Shown: positions 39,801-49,149 of the stretch, one piece after another | Position numbering within the stretch: the stretch's first letter is position 1 | How the letters are laid out: every line of letters starts with the position of its first letter | The notes under the pieces: generated by a model | What the model was told of the DNA's origin: nothing | Database searches by the model: none | What the model saw: the letters and a program-made list of their open reading frames with translations, nothing else | From: Candidatus Thorarchaeota archaeon | GTDB taxonomy: Archaea; Asgardarchaeota; Thorarchaeia; Thorarchaeales; Thorarchaeaceae | Assembly (NCBI GenBank): GCA_048884965.1 | Contig: JBHLQH010000010.1 | Span: forward strand, 51,956 to 115,955 | Direction: 5' to 3' | DNA: 64,000 nucleotides | Translations under genes and position numbers: made by a program

Positions 39801-39909
39801 TGTGATCGGTGTCGTGTCAGAGGATGATGGCTTTGTCAAGTTTGTAATGAGTATAATTGGCCCAATATTCCAAGCAAAGACTAAGCTGCTAAAACCTGAA
39901 GACATCTAA
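36889..39909 (+). CDS. TrmB-like wHTH plus very long hendecad helical region plus C-terminal TrmB/PLD-like effector domain
   Basis: LGITEDELEVYSLII...GSLQKKNMIIELPGLVPRYQAVPP (TrmB wHTH); about 700 aa S/T/E/Q-rich helical region; C-terminal HIKDMLERAKSKVTLIVP...VRDSEEVLMAP. Confidence 0.8.
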   Translation: MGDRDLPDEFDRDEPIEEEEYLSIDDEKSKRPDKMEKSSEVLGITEDELEVYSLIIAYGNATLGDLSLLSKKKTIDQIEELIGSLQKKNMIIELPGLVPRYQAVPPFEGLAKEVAEVSERIENLRQELKEQIRSAAVTVRDSLISQSKDNLELASSQKTSVGTIKESSIQSIESKKQTWSALADEATRKYESSTEESLGEWKSSTSTTIDESIKSVEEAMSKATTELKSTITTSKEEARQRTDTYRSEMTSSISDLESQAKSHMNSQLSTIDSMLTEEAKSFNAKMANAEKELDDSMNSLEQGFSESLRATSTRISQSMQEGEKEAVASINAASSDIAEKYLEMEATVKSSLEEKKAKEEGLLDSHASALDTSFGKMNDMSIAALEQMQSAQNESIRVLNSATKSGIQAISSQVDEFESRSKGFLDTAMNSMKSTSQTSMQEFHDKVSEYSTEVTQDVHSLLNIRKEHLQKTLQELLRQIQSTLTQEVNLIAKTLDDLAVKIDSSHQGMISTLGSSLQITSQDLDSKLGDLNQATTSALSQVSSSTKQSLSQMQDELETAIETSRNANMTMTTDLDQALRAASSELQESKTQLLDTLRGDLDTLTETLATEVENISATGQTGMRNAAMTTIGNLQESVRQTSDHFDGEVKEAIKSLSEVLQRGEGNIKTNLSVTATGFEESVTHIREGITSSLGSVAGQLSEYRSESQSQVDSLCNDLTAGIDAQLDSKSSEIDGISKEVVSIIDRRNQDLKASVESAINDLRIKGTEVVSTNLQSSTVELESLAAKVIQDVEESYQQLEKQLDGLEISLSTSINKLKESPMVGLTDETLEQAFAASSADQVDTKEIAERLSTVWDMVRATDFPGAKKTWNVVTRNAVNAHIKDMLERAKSKVTLIVPEASDVPTETLLALKTTTGVELVVTESGLLGPSVKPLIGRGNIRVRSRTEKDVFACVRDSEEVLMAPAATSDVDVIGVVSEDDGFVKFVMSIIGPIFQAKTKLLKPEDI

Positions 39910-39918
39910 TAGAATAAT

Positions 39919-39940
39919 AGGGGATGGTGTTTCATCCCCT
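39919..39940. terminator. Hairpin between convergent genes
   Basis: AGGGGATG-N6-CATCCCCT fills the 32-nt gap between two stop codons. Confidence 0.6.
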
Positions 39941-39941
39941 C

Positions 39942-40685
39942 CTATTTACTACAAATGAAAAACAGAATTGATGCAGAGGATGTTCCCGTCATCCTCAGGC
40001 GCCCTTTAAGAGCCTCGGCTTCTTGTTGCAGTTCTTCATAGTTTGTCTGGTCTGCCATCTTCTCCAAATTATCATCTATCTGCTTGATCGTGTCAGCAAC
40101 AATAACAGGGTTTAATGGATTCTCGCACTTCTGCATCTCCTCACAGAATAGGCAACCAACATCTCTTGTGGCTTCATAGAAATCGATATGTGAAAAATTG
40201 AGAGAGCCAACGAGATCTCTAATCTGAATTCGTGAGAGAGTTTCAAAGTGAGGGATACCTAACTGCGAATCGATCTTAGCGTCCCAATGATGAACCAGTG
40301 TGTCCATCCTTTGTGCATCACTTTGATTGCCATCACAGAACATCTCCTGCAGTATGAATGTCCCTCCAGGTCTTAGAACCCGATGCATCTCTTGAAGGAC
40401 ATCAGTGGGATTTTCTAGATGATGTATCGAATAGGAGATGCAAACTGTATCAAACGAATGGTCTGAAAACTCTAGCTTCTCAGCATTCATTATCTGAAAT
40501 GAAACAGGCATATCTGGGAATTTCTCTTTCGCGACCGCTATGTGCTCCCCTGATATGTCAATACCTATGAATGAATCAAAGTCCTTTAGAGATCTTGCCA
40601 GTGTCTGAATGAAAGTTCCTTCTTGTGTTCCCACATCCAGAAGTTTGCCTCCCGAAATCATCTTTAACTGGTTATAGATATCCAC
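39942..40685 (-). CDS. Class I SAM-dependent methyltransferase
   Basis: LLDVGTQEG, GIDIS, FSDHSFDTV and EMHRVLRPGG motifs. Likely GTG start at 40685 after AGGTG. Confidence 0.9.
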   Translation of the reverse strand: MDIYNQLKMISGGKLLDVGTQEGTFIQTLARSLKDFDSFIGIDISGEHIAVAKEKFPDMPVSFQIMNAEKLEFSDHSFDTVCISYSIHHLENPTDVLQEMHRVLRPGGTFILQEMFCDGNQSDAQRMDTLVHHWDAKIDSQLGIPHFETLSRIQIRDLVGSLNFSHIDFYEATRDVGCLFCEEMQKCENPLNPVIVADTIKQIDDNLEKMADQTNYEELQQEAEALKGRLRMTGTSSASILFFICSK

Positions 40686-40796
40686 AGCACCTGAATTCTC
40701 CACCGTAGGAGTAACTGCCAGCAATTCCTGCAACAACCGCTTTCTATCAATTGATTTTTACTATAAAATTCATCATATCAAAGCAATTTCATTGTA

Positions 40797-41684
40797 CTAC
40801 AGTGAATCATGATAGCTCTTGAAGAATTCATTAGGTCCATGACGAATTGTATCATTCAAAGCATCACGACCTAGTTTCTTATCAATAACCTCTGCCATAT
40901 GAGCCCCTGCAATGTACCAGAGGCGTTTCTTACCACTCATGAGTTCAATAGTATTCCAATCATTTTCGTGAACGGACCGGATTTTATCGAACTCCAGCTT
41001 CGTTAGGATATTGAAAAACTCTGTAACGAGGGAATTGCGTTTCCCTGTGTCCTGAAGAACTTGATAATCTGGATGACTAAAGGATTTCGTCCTCTTTCGA
41101 GCCTCAAGCGCTGCGTACACAGCTAATCCCTCCAAATGTGTGCTATACTTAATCATCTCGACCAGATTCTCAATAGTGAATATATTCTTGAGATCATAAA
41201 TAGGATTGAATGAAGTGTATACTACATGATGTAATTCATGCATGGATAGATACAGGATCTCACGCGGATCCTTCTCAAAGAGAGGGTGCGCCAGATTAAT
41301 CAATGCATGTCCCTCTGACACGATACCGATATCGTATCCCAGCATGGCATAGAGTTCACAGCGCAGCTTGGTTCCATTTGGTATGTAGTTCCAGAGATCC
41401 TTGATCATTAAATCAAATGACTGAGTTTCATTGTATAGATATGTCAGAGCTGACTTAACTCTTGAAACCAATACTTTGTAATCCTTTGAAAGATCCTTTG
41501 TGATATCTTTCCAGAACTCCTGTACGGTTCCTTTCTTCGTATTATTGAAGCGAAGGGCATGAGAATAGACCTGTCTAGCTGCTGGGTGGTCGGTAATGCT
41601 ATAGATATCGGTCTCCTTGGAGCCGCCAAGGTACTTCAGTAAAGGGATTACGAATGAGGTGTCAATCTTCACAGAAAGTGACAT
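40797..41684 (-). CDS. Putative Zn-dependent protease (gluzincin, DUF2268/DUF5700-like)
   Basis: HELHH followed downstream by EGLA; C-terminal WYIAGAHMAEVI. Confidence 0.75.
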   Translation of the reverse strand: MSLSVKIDTSFVIPLLKYLGGSKETDIYSITDHPAARQVYSHALRFNNTKKGTVQEFWKDITKDLSKDYKVLVSRVKSALTYLYNETQSFDLMIKDLWNYIPNGTKLRCELYAMLGYDIGIVSEGHALINLAHPLFEKDPREILYLSMHELHHVVYTSFNPIYDLKNIFTIENLVEMIKYSTHLEGLAVYAALEARKRTKSFSHPDYQVLQDTGKRNSLVTEFFNILTKLEFDKIRSVHENDWNTIELMSGKKRLWYIAGAHMAEVIDKKLGRDALNDTIRHGPNEFFKSYHDSL

Positions 41685-41910
41685 TAGAACAGACTCCTAG
41701 CGGGTTCGTATTCCAAGTTCAGATATTTCAGGAGATTCAATGGGAAGGTGTTGATAGTCATCATATGTATCACGTAGGACTGTTACTGAGCAAAGTAAGC
41801 GGTCAACATGCAATTCCAAAGCACCCAACAAAAGTGTGTCGTTCTACACCTATTATGATCAAAATAGGTGATTATATGGGATAGGAAAGACACCTACATG
41901 GGGAAGGTGA

Positions 41911-43263
41911 ATGCTTGATTCATTCTCCTTGAGGGTCATGATGTCCAATAATTATATCGTCATCAGGTATACATCATGGGATGGACGCAGGGAAGCTATT
42001 GAGATTGGATATAAGAGTAAAGTTTTGAATCTCCATCATCGAAAGATCAGTCAAATCGATCTCACCCAGATAGAACATCTTGAGAATCTGGAAATTATCG
42101 ACTTGAGATGCAATAGACTTGAGGTGATTGATCTCTATCCCTTGTCCAATTGCAGCAAACTACGGACTTTGAATCTGAGTGAGAACAAGCTCCACTCAAT
42201 TGACCTTGAGCCACTTAGAGGGCTCTCTCAATTGGATGAAATTGATCTATCCATGAATTCCCTTAGGACATTGGATATTTCTCCTTTAGCTGGAAAGAAG
42301 TACCTGCGAGGGGTCAATCTATCTAGAAACAGACTCAAGCAAATAGATCTCTATCCCTTTGCCACTTGCGACCGCCTCAGATATCTAAGTCTGCCAAGCA
42401 ATAACCTTCATGAAGTTAATCTAGCACCTCTCCTACTCTGTATGTTCTTGGAGCGCTTAGAGATATCAGGAAACGTTGACTTCAAGCCATCCATAGAAGC
42501 TGAAGAACATGAACATTCATTTTCGGCGGTCCTTGTGGATGCATTGGTTAGAAGGGCTTGGCAATATGGAAATCCATCTTGGGTACGTGGAAGTAGAATG
42601 ATCAATGATATCTATATTCCGCAATATGAAGATCTAATTCAAAGGCTGGGATGGAAGAAAACTAGAGATGGGATTCGAGAAGCTTTTAGAAGAGATAGAG
42701 ACCTAAAACCATTTGGAATCCAAAAGAAGCTTTTTGAGAAACTTGGAATGAGTGAGCTCTTCGGGCTGGATCTGTACATCTCGGATATTCTCAAGGATCT
42801 ACCTCATCTCAAAAGCGGTGAAGAAGGGATGGTAGGTTTCTACGATTCGATCGTCAGTAAAATTCTACAGCAACTTCAGTCAGGGGGATCCACACTGTTT
42901 TTCGATGTCCAGAAGCTTTCCACGACTAGAGGTGCTATAATCATAGATTATCTGATTAGACGAAGGAAAGAAGAACTGAAAGAAGTCGTACTACCAGTTG
43001 ACCAAACACATGTTAATCTATGGCCCTTATGGCTTACAAGCTATGGTTTTGAGATTCTACGAAAACTTGGGGTCAAAGAACAGACAACCTTGACTACGTT
43101 CAAGCAAATAGCTAAATCGTTTTTAGAAATAGGTTTCAAATTACGAACAGAAGATGTATCAACATCGAATAATGCAAAATTCGAGTCCAACATCTCAAGT
43201 GAGCTTCAGAAATTGGTAGCAGACATTATGCTTTCAAAATCCATCTCATTTACAGCTGCATAG
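41911..43263 (+). CDS. Leucine-rich repeat protein with C-terminal helical domain
   Basis: About 6-7 repeats of LxxLxLxxNxLxxIDLxPL. The start may be slightly downstream. Confidence 0.9.
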   Translation: MLDSFSLRVMMSNNYIVIRYTSWDGRREAIEIGYKSKVLNLHHRKISQIDLTQIEHLENLEIIDLRCNRLEVIDLYPLSNCSKLRTLNLSENKLHSIDLEPLRGLSQLDEIDLSMNSLRTLDISPLAGKKYLRGVNLSRNRLKQIDLYPFATCDRLRYLSLPSNNLHEVNLAPLLLCMFLERLEISGNVDFKPSIEAEEHEHSFSAVLVDALVRRAWQYGNPSWVRGSRMINDIYIPQYEDLIQRLGWKKTRDGIREAFRRDRDLKPFGIQKKLFEKLGMSELFGLDLYISDILKDLPHLKSGEEGMVGFYDSIVSKILQQLQSGGSTLFFDVQKLSTTRGAIIIDYLIRRRKEELKEVVLPVDQTHVNLWPLWLTSYGFEILRKLGVKEQTTLTTFKQIAKSFLEIGFKLRTEDVSTSNNAKFESNISSELQKLVADIMLSKSISFTAA

Positions 43264-43321
43264 AATTGTGCCAATGGAAATTATTTTAGGTACTAATTTT
43301 CGCAGCCTAGCTGGATAACTT

Positions 43322-44194
43322 ATGGTCAACCGTGAAGAGGTTTCCAGAGCAGCAGGAATATCAATCATAGCTGCTGTAGTACTTACATTGATCAAAATCG
43401 TTGCAGGTATCGCTACCAACTCATTGGGCATTATATCTGAGGCATTACATAGTGGTTTGGATTTGATGGCTGCAGGAATTACGTTTGTAGCCGTGCACAA
43501 GGCTGCGCGTGCTCCTGATAAGGCGCATCATTATGGTCATGGTAAGATTGAGAATTTTGCGGCTCTTGCAGAAACGATTTTGCTATGGATAACATCAATC
43601 TGGATTGTATCGGAAGCTTGGATAAGAATCTCACATGAAGATTGGCCCGAGGCTTCTCTCATAGGGGTAGCTGTAATGATTTTCAGCATAATCATCAACT
43701 ATGAAAGAAGTCGTCTGCTTTACAAAGTAGCTAAGGAGCATTCCAGTCAAGCATTAGAAGCAGATGCATTACACTTCCAAGCAGATATGATATCATCAGT
43801 AGTAGTGCTAATTGGTCTTGGTTTTGTATGGGTTGGATATCCAATAGGAGATGCGATCTCTGCGATTGGAGTCGCAGTTATTATCTTTATAGCCTCAATG
43901 AAGCTTGGAAAAGAGGCATATGATATCCTCATCGATACAGCACCTAAAGGCATCGAAGAGGAGGTATACACACTTGCAAATACAGTATCAGGAGTTCTTG
44001 AATGCCATGACGTACGTGTGCGTCATTCAGGACCATTACTTTTTGTGAGTCTTGTGATCAAGGTCGATGCATCATGTTCAATAGTTGAAGCTCATGAGAT
44101 TACCAATCTTGTTGAACTCAAAATTGAATCGTTGGCAGAAAATGTTGATTGTATTGTTCACTTTGAACCAAAAACGATGAAAGCAGTTGCATGA
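43322..44194 (+). CDS. Cation diffusion facilitator transporter
   Basis: SEALHSGLD, HHYGHGKIEN, EADALHFQAD and VHFEP motifs. Confidence 0.94.
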   Translation: MVNREEVSRAAGISIIAAVVLTLIKIVAGIATNSLGIISEALHSGLDLMAAGITFVAVHKAARAPDKAHHYGHGKIENFAALAETILLWITSIWIVSEAWIRISHEDWPEASLIGVAVMIFSIIINYERSRLLYKVAKEHSSQALEADALHFQADMISSVVVLIGLGFVWVGYPIGDAISAIGVAVIIFIASMKLGKEAYDILIDTAPKGIEEEVYTLANTVSGVLECHDVRVRHSGPLLFVSLVIKVDASCSIVEAHEITNLVELKIESLAENVDCIVHFEPKTMKAVA

Positions 44195-44241
44195 TGCTGA
44201 ACATGAAATCTTGGATACAAATACAATCATCGGTATGAAAT

Positions 44242-44279
44242 GATGAGGAAGGTATACAGCCGGATATACCTACCTCATC
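44242..44279. promoter_or_regulatory. Inverted repeat between the tandem CDF genes
   Basis: GATGAGG-A-AGGTATA-N8-TATACCT-A-CCTCATC; 14 of 15 positions pair. Confidence 0.5.
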
Positions 44280-44376
44280 TCAGTGATGATTTTGTCTGTG
44301 ATGTTTCACAAAGTCCCAATTCTGAAAGTTACTGATTTCACCTGTTTGTGCATTTTCAATAATGTTATAGGTCACC

Positions 44377-45780
44377 ATGAATCGAAAGTTCCTCATGCAT
44401 GACAGGAGTGAAGCAAGCAGAGCAGCGGCTCTTTCAATCTTAGCAGCACTGATATTGACATCGATGAAGCTTATCACAGGAATCATAAGTAACTCAATTG
44501 GTCTAATCTCAGAAGCTCTTCATAGTGGATTGGATCTTGTAGCCGCAGGCATAACTTATGTCGCTGTTACGAAGGCATCAAATCCTCCTGATAATGAGCA
44601 TCAGTATGGACACGGAAAAATTGAGAACTTCTCAGCGCTTGCAGAAACGATTATTCTCTGGATTACTGCGGTGTGGATTATCTATGAAGCGATACGAAGA
44701 ATCATTGAACTTGAGTTCGCTGAACCAACCCTCTTGGGAATTGGAGTAATGATAACCAGTATCATTGTTGATTATGAACGAAGCAGGATGCTATATAGGA
44801 CAGCAGAGAAATATAACAGTCAAGCACTGGAAGCAGACGCGCTTCACTTCTCCACGGATATGCTAAGCTCAGTTGTCGTTCTCATCGGATTAGGATTATT
44901 GTGGTTGGGATACCCATTGGGAGACCCATTAGGAGCACTTGGGGTTTCCATTGTAATTTTCTTTATCTCTTTTAGACTTGCAAAGCGGTCCTACGACCAG
45001 CTTGTCGATAAAGCTCCACTTGGAATAGAGGATGAGGTACGAAAAGCCTGTTCGGAAATCCCTGGAGTCATCGAGTGTAACAGAGTGAGAGCAAGATTCT
45101 CAGGACCACACCTTTTCGTGGACATTGTAGTAAAGATTGAATCCACAAGATCCATTGACGATGCACACTGCATCGCGGATCTTCTAGAAGAGCGAATCGA
45201 GAAGATGACAACACAGTCAGTTGATTGTATCGTTCATATGGAACCAGAAGGACAGCAAATCCAGTATGAGAGAGGAGATCATGTCTTTACGAAACTTGTT
45301 CAGATCGCTAAAGCCCACCCGATGATAGATAGTGTTCATAATGTTAGAGTTCTTCATTTACAGAACGGATTCCATATCCTAGCGGACCTTGAGATGAATC
45401 CAAGCTTGACGATAAGTGAAGCTCATGATATATCGGATGAATATGAGAACCAGGTGAAGAATTCAATCGATGATATTCAGAAAATTACGCTTCATCTTGA
45501 GTCTACTGAGTCCATTGAACAAGGCTTGGAGATTACGGGCAATTCGAAAGATGTCATTAGAATCGTAAAGAAAATACTTGAAATAGCGGCACCGGAATGT
45601 GTCTTTCATAATGCATCAGTAACTGAAGATACCAATGGAATCACGATTTCCCTAGCTTGTGGTATAAAGGGAGATACATCCCTATCCCTAGGACACGAAC
45701 GTGCAGAAACACTAAAGCGGGAAATAGAGAAAGCGATCCAGTTCAGCACGGTTATTGTTCACATGGAACCAATCAAGTGA
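44377..45780 (+). CDS. Cation diffusion facilitator with three tandem C-terminal ZT-dimer domains
   Basis: Same TM motifs as the upstream paralog; C-terminal domain ends recur as VHMEP, LHLES and VHMEP. Confidence 0.92.
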   Translation: MNRKFLMHDRSEASRAAALSILAALILTSMKLITGIISNSIGLISEALHSGLDLVAAGITYVAVTKASNPPDNEHQYGHGKIENFSALAETIILWITAVWIIYEAIRRIIELEFAEPTLLGIGVMITSIIVDYERSRMLYRTAEKYNSQALEADALHFSTDMLSSVVVLIGLGLLWLGYPLGDPLGALGVSIVIFFISFRLAKRSYDQLVDKAPLGIEDEVRKACSEIPGVIECNRVRARFSGPHLFVDIVVKIESTRSIDDAHCIADLLEERIEKMTTQSVDCIVHMEPEGQQIQYERGDHVFTKLVQIAKAHPMIDSVHNVRVLHLQNGFHILADLEMNPSLTISEAHDISDEYENQVKNSIDDIQKITLHLESTESIEQGLEITGNSKDVIRIVKKILEIAAPECVFHNASVTEDTNGITISLACGIKGDTSLSLGHERAETLKREIEKAIQFSTVIVHMEPIK

Positions 45781-45792
45781 TACTGTTCTTCA

Positions 45793-46863
45793 TTACCTTG
45801 CGTAATTTCGTCGCCAATAGATAAAGATGAAGACTAAAACTCCATACATCGCTCCTAACAGAACCACTACTGCTATTCGCGAACTCATCTCCAATGGGTA
45901 CCATTCAGTAACTATCACGCCCTCCTGAATTGGGATTGTCGGACTTCCAGTGGTAGTAATAGTAGAGGTTGTTGAACTTCCTGGACCCATAGGATAGTGA
46001 TCAACAGAATTGGCAGTACCCGGGATATAGTAGAAGCCACTGGTACCAGTCCAATCTGACCACCAATTACCATGCGAGATTCCGTCATCCCAATGGTTAT
46101 CGAATCCATTGTCCCTAGCTGTATTTCCTGCCGTTGCTGTGATATGATTCCCATAAATACGATTATCGTGAGAGTTCTCATCAATGCAGATTTGAGCCAT
46201 ATCATTACCAAATGCCACATTATCAGTGATGGTGCAATCCAAGGACTCTGCAAGATATATCCCATAAGCGGCGCAATTGCTGGCTGTGCAGCCATCAAGG
46301 GTAATCTGAGAACAATACATGATACTGAATGCATCACCTGGTGCCGTGTCCACAGCAACACCTGATACGACACATGATGATGAGTAATCTAGGACGACAA
46401 CACAATCAGTAATGTTGAAATCATTCATCGTGATATCACTGCAATTGATAGCTTGGATGATATAACACATGGATAGTATCACGATGTCGCGAATGATTAT
46501 TGATGATGTGTTCCGTAATTGAATTGCATGACTAAAATCGGGTGAAGCAAATCTACAATTCTCGATGATTATTCGTGACCGCGTGTTAGAGATATTCAGA
46601 CATGCCTCGCCTATGACAAGGTCGATATCTAGCCAATTGATGACATAGGGATCTATGTCAGAGCCACTTCCAGGCAATCCCTGATCGATAAGATCCTGTT
46701 CGGATTCTATAAGGATGGGAGAATGAGATACATAGCTTTGTGATGCTAATGTGAATCTACTCTCGACAAACCCCTTTCCACTATCTGGTGAAGTTATTGA
46801 TGCTGCTGGCAATGTCAATACGAGTGCGATGAGAAGAACTACACCTAAAGGCATCTTTCTCAT
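45793..46863 (-). CDS. NosD-like parallel beta-helix surface protein
   Basis: Signal peptide, GSGSDIDPYVI, beta-helix repeats (YGIYLAESLDCTITDN), NHWDDGISHGNWWSDW, Thr-rich linker and C-terminal TM. Confidence 0.85.
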   Translation of the reverse strand: MRKMPLGVVLLIALVLTLPAASITSPDSGKGFVESRFTLASQSYVSHSPILIESEQDLIDQGLPGSGSDIDPYVINWLDIDLVIGEACLNISNTRSRIIIENCRFASPDFSHAIQLRNTSSIIIRDIVILSMCYIIQAINCSDITMNDFNITDCVVVLDYSSSCVVSGVAVDTAPGDAFSIMYCSQITLDGCTASNCAAYGIYLAESLDCTITDNVAFGNDMAQICIDENSHDNRIYGNHITATAGNTARDNGFDNHWDDGISHGNWWSDWTGTSGFYYIPGTANSVDHYPMGPGSSTTSTITTTGSPTIPIQEGVIVTEWYPLEMSSRIAVVVLLGAMYGVLVFIFIYWRRNYAR

Positions 46864-47261
46864 TCTTGATCCTCCAGATAGTTATCAGCTGAATCATACC
46901 CTTCAGATGATGAATCGCTCTTCGATACATCATCGGGGTAATTATCTGCGATGCTACGTTGCATACGAACTCGTCTTTCTCGATCTGCGATTCTTTGTTC
47001 CTCTCGTTCCTTGAGGATTTTTTCCTTGTCAGGATGCAGACCATACTTTGTAAGATTTGAAAATGCACCATAACCCTCTCGAACAAGCAGAAGCAAGCCA
47101 AAGAGAGCTAGACCGAATAATATGTATGTGAGATTATACCACCAGAGAGGATGACCTGATATGACATCAATGATAATGATTATAGTACCATAACCTAGGA
47201 TTAAAACTATGAAGATTGCTGATAGTACCTGCCATTTCCTTGAACCCCAAAGCACAGACAT
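46860..47261 (-). CDS. Small hypothetical membrane protein
   Basis: Two TM helices then a charged tail; ATGA overlap with the NosD-like gene. Likely start ATG 47261. Confidence 0.65.
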   Translation of the reverse strand: MSVLWGSRKWQVLSAIFIVLILGYGTIIIIIDVISGHPLWWYNLTYILFGLALFGLLLLVREGYGAFSNLTKYGLHPDKEKILKEREEQRIADRERRVRMQRSIADNYPDDVSKSDSSSEGYDSADNYLEDQE

Positions 47262-47353
47262 CCTACAACCACTATTTCTAAAGTAGCCTTGAAGAGTATA
47301 AATCCCTTTTCTCCCTAGAAAGTCAGAATGCTTAAGAGTCGATACTGCGAGAA

Positions 47354-47992
47354 ATGACATTGATAATGATGCGTAGGAAAGGGGTATTCGTTTTCATCAT
47401 CATGTGTATCCTAATCACTCAGACTCCGCAGTATGCGGAAGCAGGAAGATCATCTTCAATTTTTAGCTGGCAATGTGGTCTGAGAATTGGTGTTGAGTTC
47501 GAGAACAGCGACTATTGGATAACAGATTCTGTTTCAGAGATTTTTTTCACACTCACACTTGTCGATGCCGGAAATGTAACGGACTTTTACTACCTAATCT
47601 TCAGGATATGGCTTGTCACAGAAACTATCGATTATGGTCAATCCGTGATCAATGATTTATGGTCAGCAGAAGGAGATGCGGTTCGTATCGTTAGTAGATT
47701 TGTAGTTACACCAGAACAGATCAATAATGCAGAGTGGGATACATACTATGGCACGTTCTTTTACAATTTCTCCCTAGGTACTACAGTCACTGGATCTGGA
47801 GATATGGAATTGTATACACTCGATCATGAAGGGACCACTTTAACTATGTCAACTCTCCAATTCATGTCCCTCTGGCCATTCCCACCTATCCTTGTTATGG
47901 GAGCACTCTTCTGGATAGGATTCATTGTTGTCAGAAAATTCAACAGTCGGTATGATGAGCTGAGGGAAATCGAAGGCAAAACGAGATGGTGA
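47354..47992 (+). CDS. Hypothetical secreted, membrane-anchored protein
   Basis: Signal peptide (RRKGVFVFIIMCILI...AEA), beta-rich body and C-terminal TM. Confidence 0.75.
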   Translation: MTLIMMRRKGVFVFIIMCILITQTPQYAEAGRSSSIFSWQCGLRIGVEFENSDYWITDSVSEIFFTLTLVDAGNVTDFYYLIFRIWLVTETIDYGQSVINDLWSAEGDAVRIVSRFVVTPEQINNAEWDTYYGTFFYNFSLGTTVTGSGDMELYTLDHEGTTLTMSTLQFMSLWPFPPILVMGALFWIGFIVVRKFNSRYDELREIEGKTRW

Positions 47993-48024
47993 GTAACACA
48001 TCCTATTTGATGGATCCTCTAGAC

Positions 48025-48573
48025 TCACAATGAGAACTCGCTGCCATCAGCATACGCACTAGCAAATGCAGTGCCATCTAATAGCCAGTATGGTAGTTCG
48101 GTGTGTACGACACCATTTGCACCAACTGTCGTTTGTCTGTAGATTTCCATTGCTGCTGTTGAATTTTCTCCACCTGATGTTAGAATCAGGACTATGGGTT
48201 TTCCTTCAAAGTTGGCACGTGCAAGATAATCTAACATGAATTGATGAGGCATTCCACCATTTACAGGACATGCCAGAACAACGAACCCATAGCCAGTCAC
48301 ATTTGTTGGAGTTTCTGTTGAAGTCGTCGTGATGTCTATACTCCAGTCCTGCTCAATTAATCCACGTACGAATTCATTCACAATATCCTCATTGAAACTC
48401 GTTACACCAGCTCTGAATGCTACGAAAACAGTACCTGTGATCCCATCGGGATTGCGAGTATCAAGGTCTCTGATATCATCACGAAAATTGAGACTCACAA
48501 TAACCATTGTCGTTACAATTAGGCCTACCATTGTAATTACGCAAGTGAGAGCACATATCCGCTTCTTGTTCAA
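48025..48573 (-). CDS. Membrane-anchored flavodoxin-like protein
   Basis: N-terminal TM; YGFVVLACPVNGG and FEGKPIVLILTSGG flavodoxin-fold motifs. Confidence 0.7.
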   Translation of the reverse strand: MNKKRICALTCVITMVGLIVTTMVIVSLNFRDDIRDLDTRNPDGITGTVFVAFRAGVTSFNEDIVNEFVRGLIEQDWSIDITTTSTETPTNVTGYGFVVLACPVNGGMPHQFMLDYLARANFEGKPIVLILTSGGENSTAAMEIYRQTTVGANGVVHTELPYWLLDGTAFASAYADGSEFSL

Positions 48574-48603
48574 CGTACCAACCTCGCACTTCGCTTACCA
48601 TTA

Positions 48604-49149
48604 CTAATCTTCAAGAGGATTTAAGCCCTCGCCATTTCCTCTTTGCTTCATAATGAAAGTCATTCTAAAGATAATTAGTAAAAATGTGTAGGAAAGAATA
48701 GTGAGATAGAGTATATCAAGTACTGGAGAGAAAGGAAATAGAATTGTCAAACCTATAATCAGAATGAGGAAAATGCCATAATATTTACCCAAAGGATCGT
48801 AGATTGGCTCGTTTCTCTTCGAGGTCAGAATGAAAAAGAGAAACATTACCAGAAATATTGCAACCAAGATTGGAGGATAGTACTGCTTGTATGAAAAGGC
48901 AACAAATGATGCCATTACAAATACGAAGTCAGCTATTGGATCTAGAAATGCTTCAATGGAGGATATTGCTTCAATAGAGTGTCTTCTTGCAATATAACCA
49001 TCAAGGAAATCGGATGCTGCAGCAACCAAATATGCCGATAATGCTAGTTCGATCAGATTATTGATGATGAAGTAAGATAATATGGGAGCGACTAGAATTC
49101 TGAATAGTGCTATAATGAAGGGTAATCTCCTTGGCATTCTCATACTCAT
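48604..49149 (-). CDS. CDP-alcohol phosphatidyltransferase family protein
   Basis: SDFLDGYIARR...FLDPIAD signature. Confidence 0.9.
   Translation of the reverse strand: MSMRMPRRLPFIIALFRILVAPILSYFIINNLIELALSAYLVAAASDFLDGYIARRHSIEAISSIEAFLDPIADFVFVMASFVAFSYKQYYPPILVAIFLVMFLFFILTSKRNEPIYDPLGKYYGIFLILIIGLTILFPFSPVLDILYLTILSYTFLLIIFRMTFIMKQRGNGEGLNPLED

Noticed and set aside
41695-41720. GGGTTCG resembling a tRNA T-loop
   Set aside because: No acceptor, D or anticodon stems can be formed around it.
44240-44335. Possible C/D-box sRNA (RTGATGA at 44240 and 44283; CTGA at 44322 and 44332)
   Set aside because: Internal D'/C' boxes and guide spacing do not fit the archaeal layout, and the first box lies within a hairpin arm.
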